A stretch of 64,000 nt of DNA from Octopus vulgaris (Eukaryota). This document shows, piece by piece, positions 14,103 through 28,444 of the stretch. The number at the start of each line of letters is the position of its first letter. Position 1 is the first letter of the stretch. The stretch spans positions 20,398,001 to 20,462,000 of the forward strand of contig OX597818.1 in assembly GCA_951406725.2 (NCBI GenBank). Reading direction: 5' to 3'. The notes beneath the pieces are model-generated. The model was not told the origin of the DNA. It saw only the letters and a program-made list of their open reading frames with translations, and did no database searches. The position numbers and the translations under genes were made by a program.

Positions 14103-14315
14103 ATATGCTTGTGTGTCTGTGTTAGTCCCCCACCATCGCTTGACAACCGATGCTGGTGTGTTTACGTCCCCGTAACTTAGCGTTTCGGCAAGAGACCGAT
14201 AGAATAAGTACTAGGCTTACAAATAATAAGACCTGGGGTCGATTTGCTCGACTAAAAAAACCGTGCTCCAGCATGGCTGCAGTCAAATGACTGAAACAAG
14301 TAAAAGAGTAAGAGT
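13891..14315 (+). mobile_element. tRNA-derived CORE-type SINE, family B, with internal (TA)n
   Basis: Head GGCGCTGGAGTGGCTGTGTGGTAAG, CORE-like ACCTTGGGCAAGT and tail TGACTGAAACAAGTAAAAGAGT. Confidence 0.8.
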
Positions 14316-14769
14316 ATAATTTTAGGCACTTGCCTCGAGCAAGTCAACTATCGTGTGATAGACTGAGCAGTTCTTGTTTAGCTCCAACAAGCCCTAATTA
14401 AGTGGACCAATAATCAAAGGACAATGACATGACTATGAACACGTTCAATTCTGACAAATTGTTTTTAGGATTACATTGTTCAATGAGTTCTACTACCGTT
14501 TAATAAAATCTAGATGTAATTGGAATGGAAGGACTTGTGTTTGTTATTTCGGAAGATACTCTATTATTGGTTACTAAAGAGTATATCATATTACAAGTAA
14601 TTTTTATTTTAAATTAGTATTTAAATAGAAGACAAAGACGAAAAACTGCCCCAATGCCTCGATAACTTTTCGTTAAAGGCAACCGTAATCAATTTACGTT
14701 ACTTCTAGGAGACAATTCTATTGAAGGACAAAGTATTACTAGGCGTTTTCTGGTCCCAGAATAGCTTAA

Positions 14770-15040
14770 AGAACCCTTTCGGTCATGAATGACCATGGGA
14801 TTACACCTAGATGTCCGGGCAAGGTTGTTTATGGAAGAGCAGCAGTCGCCCATGCAATGCATACTAGTCTTCTCTCTCCACGGCACCGGTGTTATCCAAA
14901 GGAAAAGCAATTTCTATAACTGAGTGAAATGGAGCATCGTGAAATAAAATGGCTTGCACAAGAACACAACATGGTCCAGGAATCGAACTCACTGTCTCAT
15001 GATTGTAAGCCCAGTGCTCTAACTACTGAGCCATGCGCCT
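14770..15040 (-). mobile_element. tRNA-derived SINE, family D
   Basis: Minus-strand head GGCGCATGGCTCAGTAGTTAGAGC and GAGTTCGATTCC; homologous to 45510-46378. Confidence 0.75.
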
Positions 15041-15261
15041 ATATTTGACAGTGACGTTAAGGTTTGTTTATGGGATTCTTTAGTGCACAATATGTGCGTG
15101 TGTGTGTGGGTGGGGCTGTGTCTGTGTTTGTCCAACACCACCGCTTGGCAGCTGGTGTGTTCAGGTCCCCGTAACTTAATGGTTCGGTAAAAGAGACCGA
15201 TAGAATATTTTTGTTCAAAGCTCTAATGATTCTATCAATCCACTACTCTTCTAAATATGTA

Positions 15262-15700
<439 letters not shown>

Positions 15701-15880
15701 TATAGGCATAATCCAGAAAGGATATTAAAGAATGACAAACATACCATGCACCAATCGACTCAGAAATGAGACTAAAACTAATGAGTTGGCGATTGTTGTC
15801 AAGGAAACCCGGATAAAAAGTGCTTCCTTATAGAAGTATTAGTCTAAAAGTATAACTCTAAAAGAATTAGAGAAATTTAC

Positions 15881-16087
15881 TACCGTATTTCCTGGCATAC
15901 AAGTTGAAGTTTTCAGACCAATGTTACAGCCAAGAAAGGTAGGTCGACTTATACACCCAGACAACTTTGAAGGACCAAAGTTTCCTTTGAAAATGCTGAA
16001 GAATTTAGAAAGATATTAACGTTTGACTGTTTGCACTGCATGTTTACATTATATATTGTGTCTAATTGTACGCCGGAGGATTCGGTA
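15881..16087. mobile_element. Possible pogo/Tigger-like MITE
   Basis: TA-CCGTATTTCCTGGCATACAA at the left and GTACGCCGGAGGATTCGG-TA at the right form imperfect TIRs. Confidence 0.4.
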
Positions 16088-16174
16088 AATATAAAAATTG
16101 GGAAATAGAGATAATCAGATTATGAGGACTGAGAATAGAAACATTCTTATACTAACAATAGGTACCTTATAATG

Positions 16175-16685
16175 TATTTCTTTATTACCCACAAGGGGCT
16201 AAACATAGAGGGGACAAACAAGGATAGACAAGGGGATTAAGTCGATTACATCGACTTTGGTACTCATTTGTACTCATTTAATCGACCCCTGCTACTATAA
16301 GCAGAAGGCTTGAAATTTGGGGGAAGGGGATGAGTCGATTACATCGACCCCAGTGTGTAACTGGTACTTAATTTATCGACGCCGAAAGGATGAAAGGCAA
16401 AGTCGACCTCGGCGGAATTTGAACTCAGAACGTAACGGCAGACGAAATACCTATTTCTTTACTACCCACAAGGGGCTAAACACAGAGGGAACAAACAAGG
16501 ACAGACAAACGGATTAAGTTGATTATATCGACCCCAGTGCGTAACTAGTACTTATTTAATCGACCCCGAAAGGATGAAAGGCAAAGTCGACCTCGGCGGA
16601 ATTTGAACTCAGAACGTAACCGCAAACGAAATACCACTAAGCATTTCGCCCGGCGTTCTAACGTTTCTACCAGCTCGCCGCCTTC
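16175..16685 (-). mobile_element. Composite tandem family A SINE cluster
   Basis: One full copy plus partial head-to-tail copies. Confidence 0.85.
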
Positions 16686-18049
16686 AGGTACCTTATAATT
16701 GAAATGCCGACAGATATGTAACGAAACCCGAAGATTTACAGTTATCCAAAACAGAGAAAATAACAGAACTTAGCAATATAAAAATATTATGTAAAACTTT
16801 TTTAATACAATAGAAAATACTAAAACAAAACAGAACACCGCACATACACAAGGCAAGCAGAGATGTGTTTGGCTCAGTAGTGAAAACAACACACAAAGAA
16901 AATATGACTACTGAAAAAAAAAATCGTGGTGATGTTATTTTACTATTGTTTGAAGGGAGGTGAATATAGGACACAGGAAAATAGCAAAACAGTGGGGGCT
17001 TTTACACTGAGTGGAAGACAAACCACAAACGAATGAGATATATTGTGTGTTGTGTGGGAGAGAGAGAGAGAGAGAGAGAAATACATATATGCATACATGC
17101 ATTTACATACATGTATACACACACGTGTGTCAGTATATATATATATATATATATATGAACCAAGATAGGCACAACTGCCTAGGGCCAAACACAGAACACC
17201 CAGAAATGATAATAAAACAGTGGTAAATTCAAGTGTGTGTGCTTTTGTGTATAACTGTGTGTGTACGTTCTGACTGAGCAATATGACTCCATAATGTAAT
17301 TGTTATACTTTCAACAAACGATCCCTATCTCAGATCATATGATATTGCAAAACGGGTGGGACAAAAGCAAGCACACACACACACACATACACACACAAAG
17401 GCACACACACACACATACACACACACATACACACACATATGTGATGTATATATATGTATAATATGTAATATGATCTAGAGTATCTATATTAATTCTGTAT
17501 CAGAATATATTTCAGGCGTTGCGACAATAACTTCTAGTGAGAACATATGGCATTGACAACCGCAAGATTGAATGCACACACGCACACACACACACGCACG
17601 CACACACACACGCATGCACGCACACGTACGCGCGCATATGTATGTACGTATTCATGCATGGTTGTTTGTGCATCTGCGTGTATGTTAACATCTAAGTTCG
17701 ATGAAAATTTGTCCCGCCTCACTTGACATCGTTTTCCAGATTCTTCCACTTCGTTTATATCGTTATCTCCTTCAAGTTATCTCCCTTGAAAACACCGCCA
17801 TTTTCTCGTTATCGCATTTATTATTTCTTACTTGCTTTTATTTCATTTTATTTTAGTTTCGTTTTCTTTATTTTTTTTGTTTTTTCGGTTGCTTATTTAT
17901 CTTTTCTTTTTTGCTTTTTTCTTTCTGCCTACTCTTTTGAAAGAAAACGATGGTTTTTAAATAAATCACCCACAATGGATGCGACCAGACAACAATTTGA
18001 CAACCTGACTTCTGCAGCTGGTAGTCATTTTTTGCGCTCTGCAGAACAA

Positions 18050-18074
18050 TTATATATATATATGTATGTATGTA

Positions 18075-18170
<96 letters not shown>

Positions 18171-18561
18171 TGTGTGTGAGTGTGTGTGTCTGTGTGTGTG
18201 TGTGTGTAAGTATGTATTGCGAGAGAGAGTGTGTGTGTGTGTGTGTGCGAGAGCGAACGCACACACGTATACACTAACGCATACGCTTCCACAAGCAGTG
18301 GGCCTTGTAATTCAGATCATACTTATTAGTATATCTATTACTTATATCTCTCTGCTTCTCTCTCTGTCTCTCTCTGCAATGAACGGTAGAAAATGTATTC
18401 ACTTACAGGATAACCAATCAAGCTCTGTGTGTGTATGTGTGCGTGTCTGCGCGCGTGTGCATGTGTGTGTGGATATGTGTATGTATGTGTGTGTGTTTTT
18501 CTGTGCTTGCGTGTGCGCGAGCGTGTGTGTGTGCGTACGTATGTGCGTTAGATACATAGAC

Positions 18562-18656
<95 letters not shown>

Positions 18657-18707
18657 CGTGTATGTATGCTTGAGTATGTGTATTTGTTCGCGTGCACTCA
18701 TAACTTC

Positions 18708-18750
<43 letters not shown>

Positions 18751-18937
18751 CACACACACACGCACACACACACACACACACACATTTGGATGGGGGTTGC
18801 ATGTGAGCACATGTGTGTATGAGACGGTTTAGAGTTTGAGTGAACAACTGTCAACATTGCGATGATTTAAAGGATAAACGTACATAGCAAAAATTACTTA
18901 AGTTATATGACTGAAACGAAAGTGAAAAAAAGAAGGA

Positions 18938-19005
<68 letters not shown>

Positions 19006-19400
19006 GAGGGGGAGAAAGAAAGAAAGATGGAGGAGATTGAAGGTGAGAGAGAAAACGCTGACAAATATACAGAACGAGAGAGAGCCACAGCAAGAGGGGC
19101 GGGTCCTTGATAAGGAAAGAGAGAAAGTGAGTAAGTGAGTGAGTGAGCGAGTGAGTGAGTGAGTGAGTGAGTGAGTGAGTGAGTGAGTGCGGTTTGAGTG
19201 CGGTTTGAAAGGTGATAGTTAATTGCATGTAATGGATTTAGTAATTTCCCTGGTGTGACATCAGTGTTGCAGATCACTTGCAGAGCATGTCCCCATTTCG
19301 AGCGTTTGCCTGTTTAGTTAGCACTAAGTGACTTAACCCTAGCATCATAATTTAGACTAGACAGATAAGCAGACACAGACAGGCACATACGGGGAGAGAC

Positions 19401-19485
<85 letters not shown>

Positions 19486-19549
19486 CACACACACACACAC
19501 AAATGCATACATACATATATTCATCTATGTGTGTATATATAATATGTCA

Positions 19550-19591
<42 letters not shown>

Positions 19592-19913
19592 ATATATTTA
19601 CATACTATAAGCTTATATATATATATACATGGACACATATAGACGACATACATACATACATAAACACACAGAGATACATATACAATATGTATGTATGTAT
19701 ACACACGCGCACATTTATGTGTTTGTTTTGCAAGATTCTTGATGTGAAAACGTGTGTTGAAACAGATATTGTTAAACTTGAGGATAGTCATCTTTTGCCA
19801 ATTAATTGGTAAAGGACGGCTATCCCCATGTATAATAGTACACATACACACCACACACACACACACATACACATACACACATACATACATACATACATAC
19901 ATACATACATACA

Positions 19914-19963
<50 letters not shown>

Positions 19964-19980
19964 ATGAGAAAAGGAGAGAG
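18050..19980. repeat. Microsatellite zone: (TG)n, (GATA)n, (CA)n, (GAAA)n, (GTGA)n, (TACA)n
   Basis: Visible directly. Confidence 0.9.
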
Positions 19981-20545
19981 ATATTAGTGTGGGAAATTTC
20001 GTCCTATGTCTCAGCAAATATTTCAATCTATTAAGATAAATCTTTGTTCTCCGATGTCCCAACGAATTCTAAATACGATAGATACTATTATATAAGTTAT
20101 CAAACACTCACGTAAAGTTATACCAAAATTTTTCTTGAAGTAGAGTGAGAAATACTTTTTCATTGCTGCTCCTATTTTGTACAATCTTATATTTTGAATT
20201 CAGATATGCTAAGGTACTTTTTGTTTAGTTTTAAGAACATGAAAAGGGGCTTTAACATAGCTTTATTTGTTATGGCTAAAACAAAGTAAAGAAGTGGGTA
20301 ATATTTGAAATAATGGTGTTCCTACATAATGTAAGAAAGAAGAATTTCAACACAGTATTCTCACAACCATCTTAAACTTTACTAACGGGGAACAATAAGC
20401 TTTTCTCAGATGTATATCTCGTAAATTTATATAATGTATTGGAGAAATTCTTATGCATGCATACGTACATGCATAGATACGGACGTCCAAATATACATAC
20501 AAACACACATACCACGATATCGAGGACTATAAAAATCTGCAAGAC

Positions 20546-20604
20546 GTATTTTTAACGACCATCCTTTAAATCTTAAGATTTAAAGGATGGTGGTTAAAAA
20601 ATAC
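20546..20604. repeat. Near-perfect ~59-bp palindrome
   Basis: GTATTTTTAACGACCATCCTTTAAATCTT|AAGATTTAAAGGATGGTGGTTAAAAAATAC, with no spacer. Confidence 0.85.
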
Positions 20605-22779
20605 TTTCCTTCACAACCTTGCTACCATTTAGGTGGAAGGTCAAATTTCCCCTAAAATTTAGAAAAGAGAACACACACACACACACATCTGTGCATATTT
20701 ACATACACGCATTCGTTCAATGTTTCCTCTACATTTTCGTAATTAGTGTGTGCAAAAACTTAGATTACGCAATTTTGTTTTTTCCTTTGACAAAATTATG
20801 TGCGTACTGAATATTTGTGAAAAGGTAAATTCGAAACTTCTTCAAAATAATTTTAGCACAGCCTCTCACCTATTGCTAATAAAATTGTATTGGTATGTTT
20901 TAATCAGAGCCTGATAATATAACCAACGAAAAAACACCCCATCCGGATACCCAAGTAGTTTTAAATCAAGCTCATTTTAAAAAAATAGTATTTTTAATAA
21001 AATAGATTTATCGAAACATCTTTTGGAATATATGTTTAGGAACTTTTTAAAAAGTAAACTTCTAGTAAACTTCTATTGAAATGAAATTAATCTAAAAAAA
21101 TTTTCCATGATAAAATTCCTTAAAGAATTACAACATACACTTCCTTAAAAAAATTACGTAAGCTCGTGGAGTGTGTTTATTTATTTATTTATTTATTTTA
21201 GTGGAAGCCGTTTGTTATAAAACGATGTTGTAATCCTTCCAATTTTGATATAATACAGACATATCATCGATTTTCCGGAACCTTTGATTCTAAAGCCATT
21301 CCGGAATACTGATTTTCCGAATCAGGGGTAGTCACACTCTAAATTAAACAAGCATTAAATTTACTTAAATAATTAAATGAGATACAGATACCTGTACATT
21401 AGTATAAATGATACAGATTTAGTAATACGGTTTTGGACGAGGTGCTAGTCTGTGCAACTAGTCTGGCGGCCGCAAAATTTGAAGTGCTCATAAATTAGTG
21501 CGGATTATAAGAGGTTCTAGATCATCAGTATCCAGAGAGTCGATGATGTACAAGTATGATTACATTTTTTTAATGAAATTACCTATTGAGTTCAAAATTT
21601 ATTCTATTCTCAGTTTGTTTTTTCCGCTCAGGAAAAAAAAGAAGAAAAACAACAGTAATATGTATTTCTTGCTTTTATGCGATACAATGTGAAAATAATA
21701 ACAATAGCATCCACCAACTCACACATTATAGTGATTATTGAAGTTGCTGGCAATGTTTATATCAAAACCTATTTAATTACAGAACTAGCTGACTATCCAG
21801 ACGCTGTGAACAGCATACTTCACGCGGATTTACGAAATATTTGACATAAGATTGCGCAGAATAACATACATATTTAAGTCACTCTACAATTTTATCTCTC
21901 CCGCCTATTTGGCATTTTACCCAAGCTCTGTAAACTTTCGACTAATATCAACTCTATTTAATTCATAGTGTTTTTTTTTTTGGTTTTTCCAATTTTAAGT
22001 TTTTCACCATGTTTTTGAGTTCACGAAGATACAACGTCGCTTATACTCTTCACAAGACACGAGAAGTGTTTCCTCAAATTTGAAGTACGAATACTACCAT
22101 GTACTCGTCTACTTGTTTCAGTCATTGGACTACGGCCATACTCGACTATTGTCTTAAAGGGTTAGTCGAAAAATATCGACTCCATTATTATTATAAGTAT
22201 AGTACTTGTTTGTTCCTCACCACCAGGACAAACACAAAACTTGCACACATACTTACATGGATCAATACACACACATATACAAACAAATTATTTGTGGATG
22301 TATGCTGCTAATCATAAGATAATGTGGTAAGCCATCGATGGTAGTTGAAACAGGTTTTCGTAAACTTTACGATCAAACATGGCTGCAAATATGCAGCTTC
22401 TGAACAAACTGGAACAAAAGCGGTAAGGTGACGTAAATTAACTATGTGTGAAACAGTATTTTTAAAACTAATTAACAGAAGCAGTTAATAAGTTATTTTC
22501 GGTATTTATTAAAACGTTACTTTAGGCGGCAAACATCTATACACGGATTGTTTTTTTTTCTTTTCTTTTTTTTTTGCAACAGTTGCAAAACAAGTGTACG
22601 TGCGAACATGTGCACAGCAATGTACATGTACAAGGATATATGTATATATGTGTGTAAGGGCATGCATGTGCGTGCGTATGCCTAGATAACTCAATTTCAT
22701 TCACTCTCTCCCCCACTCTCTACACACATACACACACGTTGTTTACGTCTTCGTAGCAGTCGAAGAAGATAAATAATCC

Positions 22780-23085
22780 TTTCTATTACAGGCACAAGGC
22801 CTGAAATTTGGCGGAGGTGGTTAATCGATTTAATCGATCCCAGTGCTTCACTAATACTTATTTTATTGACCACAAAATGGTTAAGAAGAAAATAGAAATT
22901 CGGTAGATAGATCTTATCTTTATTGAGAGCGCTAATATATATCTGTTTCTTTATTACCCACAAGGGGCTGAACATAGAGGGGACAAACAAGGACAGACAA
23001 ACGGATTAAGTCGATTACATCGACCCCAGTGCTTAACTGGTACTTAATTTATCGACCCCGAAAGGATGAAAGGCAAAGTCGACGA
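22780..23085 (-). mobile_element. Family A SINE fragments
   Basis: CCCACAAGGGGCT..ATCGACCCCGAAAGGATGAAAGGCAAAGTCGAC. Confidence 0.8.
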
Positions 23086-23685
23086 CGCTAATATATATCT
23101 TTTAGTTGTACATGCCGAGCAAGAAACTTACACCGCAACCAAGGGTTGAACTTGAATTGTTTACATCACGGAAAAACCACTTCAGCAAACAACTCACAAA
23201 AACTTACCATCTGTTTCTTAAGTTGTTAAACTTTTTGTCGAATCACTTGATCTGATTACAGGCGGGCGTAGTTCTTCGCTGTAATTACTAACTTACAGTA
23301 GAACTGTGTCAGTGACCAAGTCGCAGGAGTACAACGAAATTTTTGAGACTAAAAACTTTACCGATAAACGTCTGCTCCCTGGCAGATAAATAAAAGTGTG
23401 TAGATAAGAATATCAGTAAGTTAGTAGGACACTCACACACTTTTACGTCTCGTATATCGTACCTACACACTCTGACGTACACACACATTTATACATACCC
23501 GTATACGTACATACACACTCACACGCGCGCGCGCGGATGTTCTTATCAATACATCCGGTGCTACTTTGGCGTGTGATCTACAACCCAAAGAACGATTACT
23601 TTAGGTTATTTTTTAGTTTACTTTTCAATTTGTAAAAACACTTAACATGTTGGCTAAAGATTTTCTTTTACAATAAATTATTTTG

Positions 23686-23900
23686 TGGCAGAAATGTTAG
23701 CACGCCGGTATTTCGTCTGCCGCTTGGTTCTGAGTTCAAATTCCGCCGAGGTCGACTTTGCCTTTCATCTTTTCGGGGTCGATTAAATAAGTACCAGTTA
23801 CGCACTGGGGTCGATATAATCGGCTTAATCCGTTTCTCTGTCCTTGTTTGTCCGCTATGTGTTTAGCCCCTTGTGGGTAGTAAAGAAATAGGTATTTCGT
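23686..23900 (+). mobile_element. Family A SINE
   Basis: B-box, Meta-like domain and tail are present. Confidence 0.8.
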
Positions 23901-24347
23901 ACGTTGTTAAAAGGCGGTGCCCCAGCATGGCCACAACTCGTGAGCTGAAACTAGATGAAATAAATACTTGGCATTGTAAATGTATTTTTTCAAAATTCTT
24001 GCTATTTTAATAATAATAAAACCATGTTTCATTTATGTCTCAGAAAACAATAATAGCAAACCAAGAATAAACAATATAATAATTAAAATAAGCATGTAGA
24101 TCACACAAGTTCGACAGCCGCGAGTTCTGCAATATAAAGAAACTAAAAACTAACTTAAAGTAATCGCTTTTGAATTTGTAGATAACCCACCAAAGTAGTA
24201 CCACACTTCCTTTGGTTGTCTACCAAGGAACATATTATAGCTGATACCATAAACTTGATAATTAAATGCCTATATGCTTTTGTGAATTTCATTTATAACA
24301 CTAGTGCCAGTACTGTAGCTGCCGTTCTTGCAAGTAGTATTATTATT

Positions 24348-24550
24348 GGCTGGCAGAATCGTTAAAGCACCGGGCAAAATGCTTAGCGGCATTTCGTCCG
24401 TCCTTAAATTCTGAGTACAAATTCCACCCATGCCGACTTTGCCATTCATTCCTTCAGAATCAATACGATAAGTACCAGTTGAGCACTTGGGTCGATGTAA
24501 TCGATTTACCCACTTCCCCGAAATTGCTGGCCTTGTTCCAAAATTTGAAA

Positions 24551-24616
<66 letters not shown>

Positions 24617-24712
24617 GTTCTGAGTTCAAATTCCGCCGCGGTCGACCTTGCCTTTTATTCTTCCGGTGTCGATGAAATAAGTACCTATTGAACACTAGGG
24701 TTGATATAATCG
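24348..24712 (+). mobile_element. Family A SINE variant, (ATT)n tract and a second partial copy
   Basis: Homology to family A; (ATT)n at ~24553-24616. Confidence 0.75.
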
Positions 24713-25086
24713 AGAGATAGTGAGAGAGAGATAGAGACATAGAGAGTGACATATAGAAAGAGAGAAAACGCAGGTCTGGCGGCGACTTCAAAGGAATAAA
24801 TGAAATGTATAAACTTATAGAATGTTGGAGGTGGATGGATTGATAGGTGGAGTATTTTTTCACTGTGTGAAAAGCATTATCGTGAAGTACGTGGATTACA
24901 GGAAATAGGAGACAACGCGTGACAACGCCCTCCCACCCCCACCCCAATTCCGTTTTCAGAAAATAAATGCACAGTTATCTGTGGAATGGTCAAATTAATT
25001 TAAATGACAAGAAAAACCTGACATATCAATTTTATCTAGTGTATTCAGTAGTCAACTTATAAACAAACTTTGCTTTTTATAAGGAT

Positions 25087-25120
<34 letters not shown>

Positions 25121-25123
25121 GAA

Positions 25124-25354
25124 AGGCGGCGAGCTGGCAGAACCGTTAGCACGCCGGGCGAAATGCGTAGCCGTATTTCGTCTGCCGCTACGTTCTGAGT
25201 TCAAATTCCGCCGAGGTCGACTTTGCCTTTCATCCTTTCGGGGTCGATAAATTAAGTACCAGTTAAGCACTGGGGTCAATGTAATCGTCTTAATCCGTTT
25301 CTCCGTCCTTGTTTGTCCCCTCTATGTTTAGCCCCTTGTGGGTAATAAAGAAAC

Positions 25355-25355
<1 letters not shown>
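25124..25355 (+). mobile_element. Family A SINE, full length, in TA/TG microsatellite
   Basis: GGCGGCGAGCTGGCAGAA...GGGTAATAAAGAAA. Confidence 0.88.
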
Positions 25356-25388
<33 letters not shown>

Positions 25389-25606
25389 ATCTTTTATCTT
25401 TTACTTGATTCAGTCATTAGAGTACGGCCATACTGGGACACCGCCATGAATTTTTAGTCGAATGAATCGATTCTAGTACTTATTCTATCGGCCTCTTTTT
25501 GCCGAACCGCGAAATTACGGGGGCGTAAACACACCAACACCGGTTGTCAAACGGTGATGGGAGGGAGAAACACAGACACAAAGACACACACACATAGATA
25601 TACATA

Positions 25607-26526
25607 TGTAGCAATATTGTTTTCTTCATTGCTATCTTCACTGTTTGAGAAAAATATCAAGAATGATCTCGTTTGAGATTACAAACATCTTTGGCTAGTT
25701 TAACGTTGTCGTGTCCTCTATTTTGATTGGTTAGCATCTAAGCGCGGTCTGTCTCTCTACTTACCTCGCGCCAGTGTGTAAACTGACCAATCACGGCTTT
25801 CGGATAGGACTTTTCATTTGAGCCATCTTAACTCTTTAAATAGGCTGATCATATCACGATTCATGTTTTTTGGCTTAAGACCTTCTAAGGTCTTAGTCGG
25901 AGACCACACAACACAGAGCTTACTCAACCATGTTCCAGTTCGAAAGGCAGACGACAGCCAAGCCAAACCTAATATGAAGACGCTATTGTAAACTAAGCGA
26001 CAGAGATAACGTCATCACCAACATCGTCTCTATCTACGAAGATTTAACTTGTACACAAGATAAATACAGATTCAACTCATGCTGTTAGTGTGAAAATCTC
26101 ACCACGGAAAAACAGTTGTAGTATATGTATCTGGAAGAATATCTATATCAAGAGAAAAATATGCACAACAAGTGACTTAACTAATCTCCGCTCCGAGACT
26201 CAAATCTTGTATAGAACTCATCGTGTACTACATGAACTGGTAAAATAACTCTAAAGTAACTTCATTTAAACTCAAAATGTTGAGACTTCTCTCATGCTCT
26301 GTTGTATTTGCATAAACCTTATTTCTGTACTTTTGTCGCACACACGAACACAGACACAAATATATTAAGCAGGCATTCATGACACAACACTACGCTAATA
26401 AAAACAAATCACTTTGTACACTGTGAAATAAATATATCTCTTTATAAAAGTAGAACGGTTTTTGGCGTTCCTTTATACATTTACTTTGGCACTGTATATT
26501 AAATATGTATTATGGCTTATATAACA
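25607..26526 (+). mobile_element. Possible solo LTR
   Basis: TGTAGC...ATAACA ends, with internal ATTGG/CCAAT, TTAAATA and AATAAA. No TSD was seen. Confidence 0.3.
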
Positions 26527-26633
26527 TTAAGTTATATTATGTTGGGATGCGGCCGGACGCTGTTGACAAGAGGAGAAAACATGTCACCGAAACTCCCTCT
26601 CGTGCGGTCGTATTCTAAACACATACATACATA

Positions 26634-26686
<53 letters not shown>

Positions 26687-26689
<3 letters not shown>

Positions 26690-27235
26690 TCCGGGTTCAG
26701 TCCCACTGCGTGGCATCTTGGGCAAGTGTCTTCTGCTATAGCCCCGGGCCGACCAATGCCTTGTGAGTGGATTTGGTAGACGGAAACTGAAAGAAGCCTG
26801 TCGTATATATGTATATATATATATGTGTGTGTGTTTGTGTGTTTGTCCCCCTAGCATTGCTTGACAACCGATGCTGGTGTGTTTACGTCCCCCGTCACTT
26901 AGCGGTTCGGCAAAAGAAACCGATAGAATAAGTACTGGGCTTACAAAGAATAAGTCCCGGGGTCGATTTGCTCGACTAAAGGCGGTGCTCCAGCATGGCC
27001 GCAGTCGAATGACTGAAACAAGTAAAAGATAAAAAAGATATATATATATATGTATGTATATATATATATGACAGGCTTCTTTCAGTTTCCGTCTACGAAA
27101 TCCACTCAAAAGGCTTTGGTCGGCCTGAGGCTATAGTAGAAGAAACTTGCCCAAAATGCCACGCAGTGTGACTGAACCCGGAACCATGTGGTCGGGAAGC
27201 AATATTCTTAACACACGCCCACTCTTGCGCCTAAA
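26687..27235. mobile_element. Family B SINE (+) followed by an inverted family B 5' half (-)
   Basis: 26687-27032 is on the plus strand; 27070-27235 is the reverse complement of the head and CORE part. Confidence 0.82.
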
Positions 27236-27257
27236 CAGTCACTCCTGCGTCTTTATA

Positions 27258-27770
27258 TCTATATATATAAAACTGTAGTTGTGTGAGTGTCTGTCCCCTT
27301 CGATTTAGATTCCTAACTCCTCCCACATTTTGCGGTGCAGTTTAACCAAATTTGGGTATCTTATAGTCGTGATTCATATCGAGCCCGTCTGAGTATTAGC
27401 GCGCGTCTACGATGAGTCTACGATTTTAAAAATAATTTAACATCATTTTTTATTCCATTTTAATGCATAATTTTTCGTGTGTCGATGGCGGCGGAGTTGG
27501 CGTCCATGGTCACACCTGCACCTGTTTGCTTCTCCCCCTTCTTCCCTCCCTCGTGAAGCTGTGGGGAAGGGAGTGTAAGGAAATCAACGTCGTAAAGCGT
27601 TGTCAAGGAGACCAGCGTTCTTTTAGAACAACGACTTCATGGCTTGAAGACACCAAAACAGAAATGGCTAAGAAAGCCCGAATTGGCATCTATAAGGGAA
27701 GTAACTCTCTAAAAATGCTTATATAGTTATTTCCCTTACAAACGCGAGCAACGCCGGGCGATACTGCTAG
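27258..27770 (+). mobile_element. Non-autonomous Helitron
   Basis: A|TC...CTAG|T termini with subterminal GC-rich segment CGCGAGCAACGCCGGG. A related copy lies at 57430-57827. Confidence 0.8.
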
Positions 27771-27772
27771 TG

Positions 27773-27897
<125 letters not shown>

Positions 27898-28174
27898 ACA
27901 CGCACATATTTAAGTTTGTTTTTACAGCGTGGAAGATACAAATTAGCCATTTAAACACTCACAAATCTGTTGACTTCTCTTAAACATTCATTATCTGGAG
28001 TCGATGTCTCTGTAACTGAAACCTGGTCGCTAACACATTTCAACTGCAAGATTATTTTTCTTTTGTAGAATTTACGCTGATCCCTAATATAGTGGCAACG
28101 CTCTTTTACTTAAATGTGTGCTTGCTGATAAACTTGCACTCGAATAGTAGGTATATGTTTTACGATAGAGCACA

Positions 28175-28210
<36 letters not shown>

Positions 28211-28444
28211 TTTTTCATTACTGTTTATGTGTACGCCCGTATGTGTATTCCAGATGAATATTTTATTGCATACATATGTTCAACCAGGAACCTACAGTAA
28301 AGAATCCCTGAAATGTTTTACAAATTTTCACTGTACCTCTAATGAATTCTATTTGAAAAATGCGAATCAGCTGGCTCTGCTCTGTTTTGGCGAATACGGG
28401 CGTTTCTCTGTTTACATGTCGACATGTGTCTCTGGATGTTTCTA

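Noticed and set aside
15705-15880. Endonuclease-like fragment (KCFLIEV)
   Set aside because: Too short and degraded to call, although it resembles 51980-52130.
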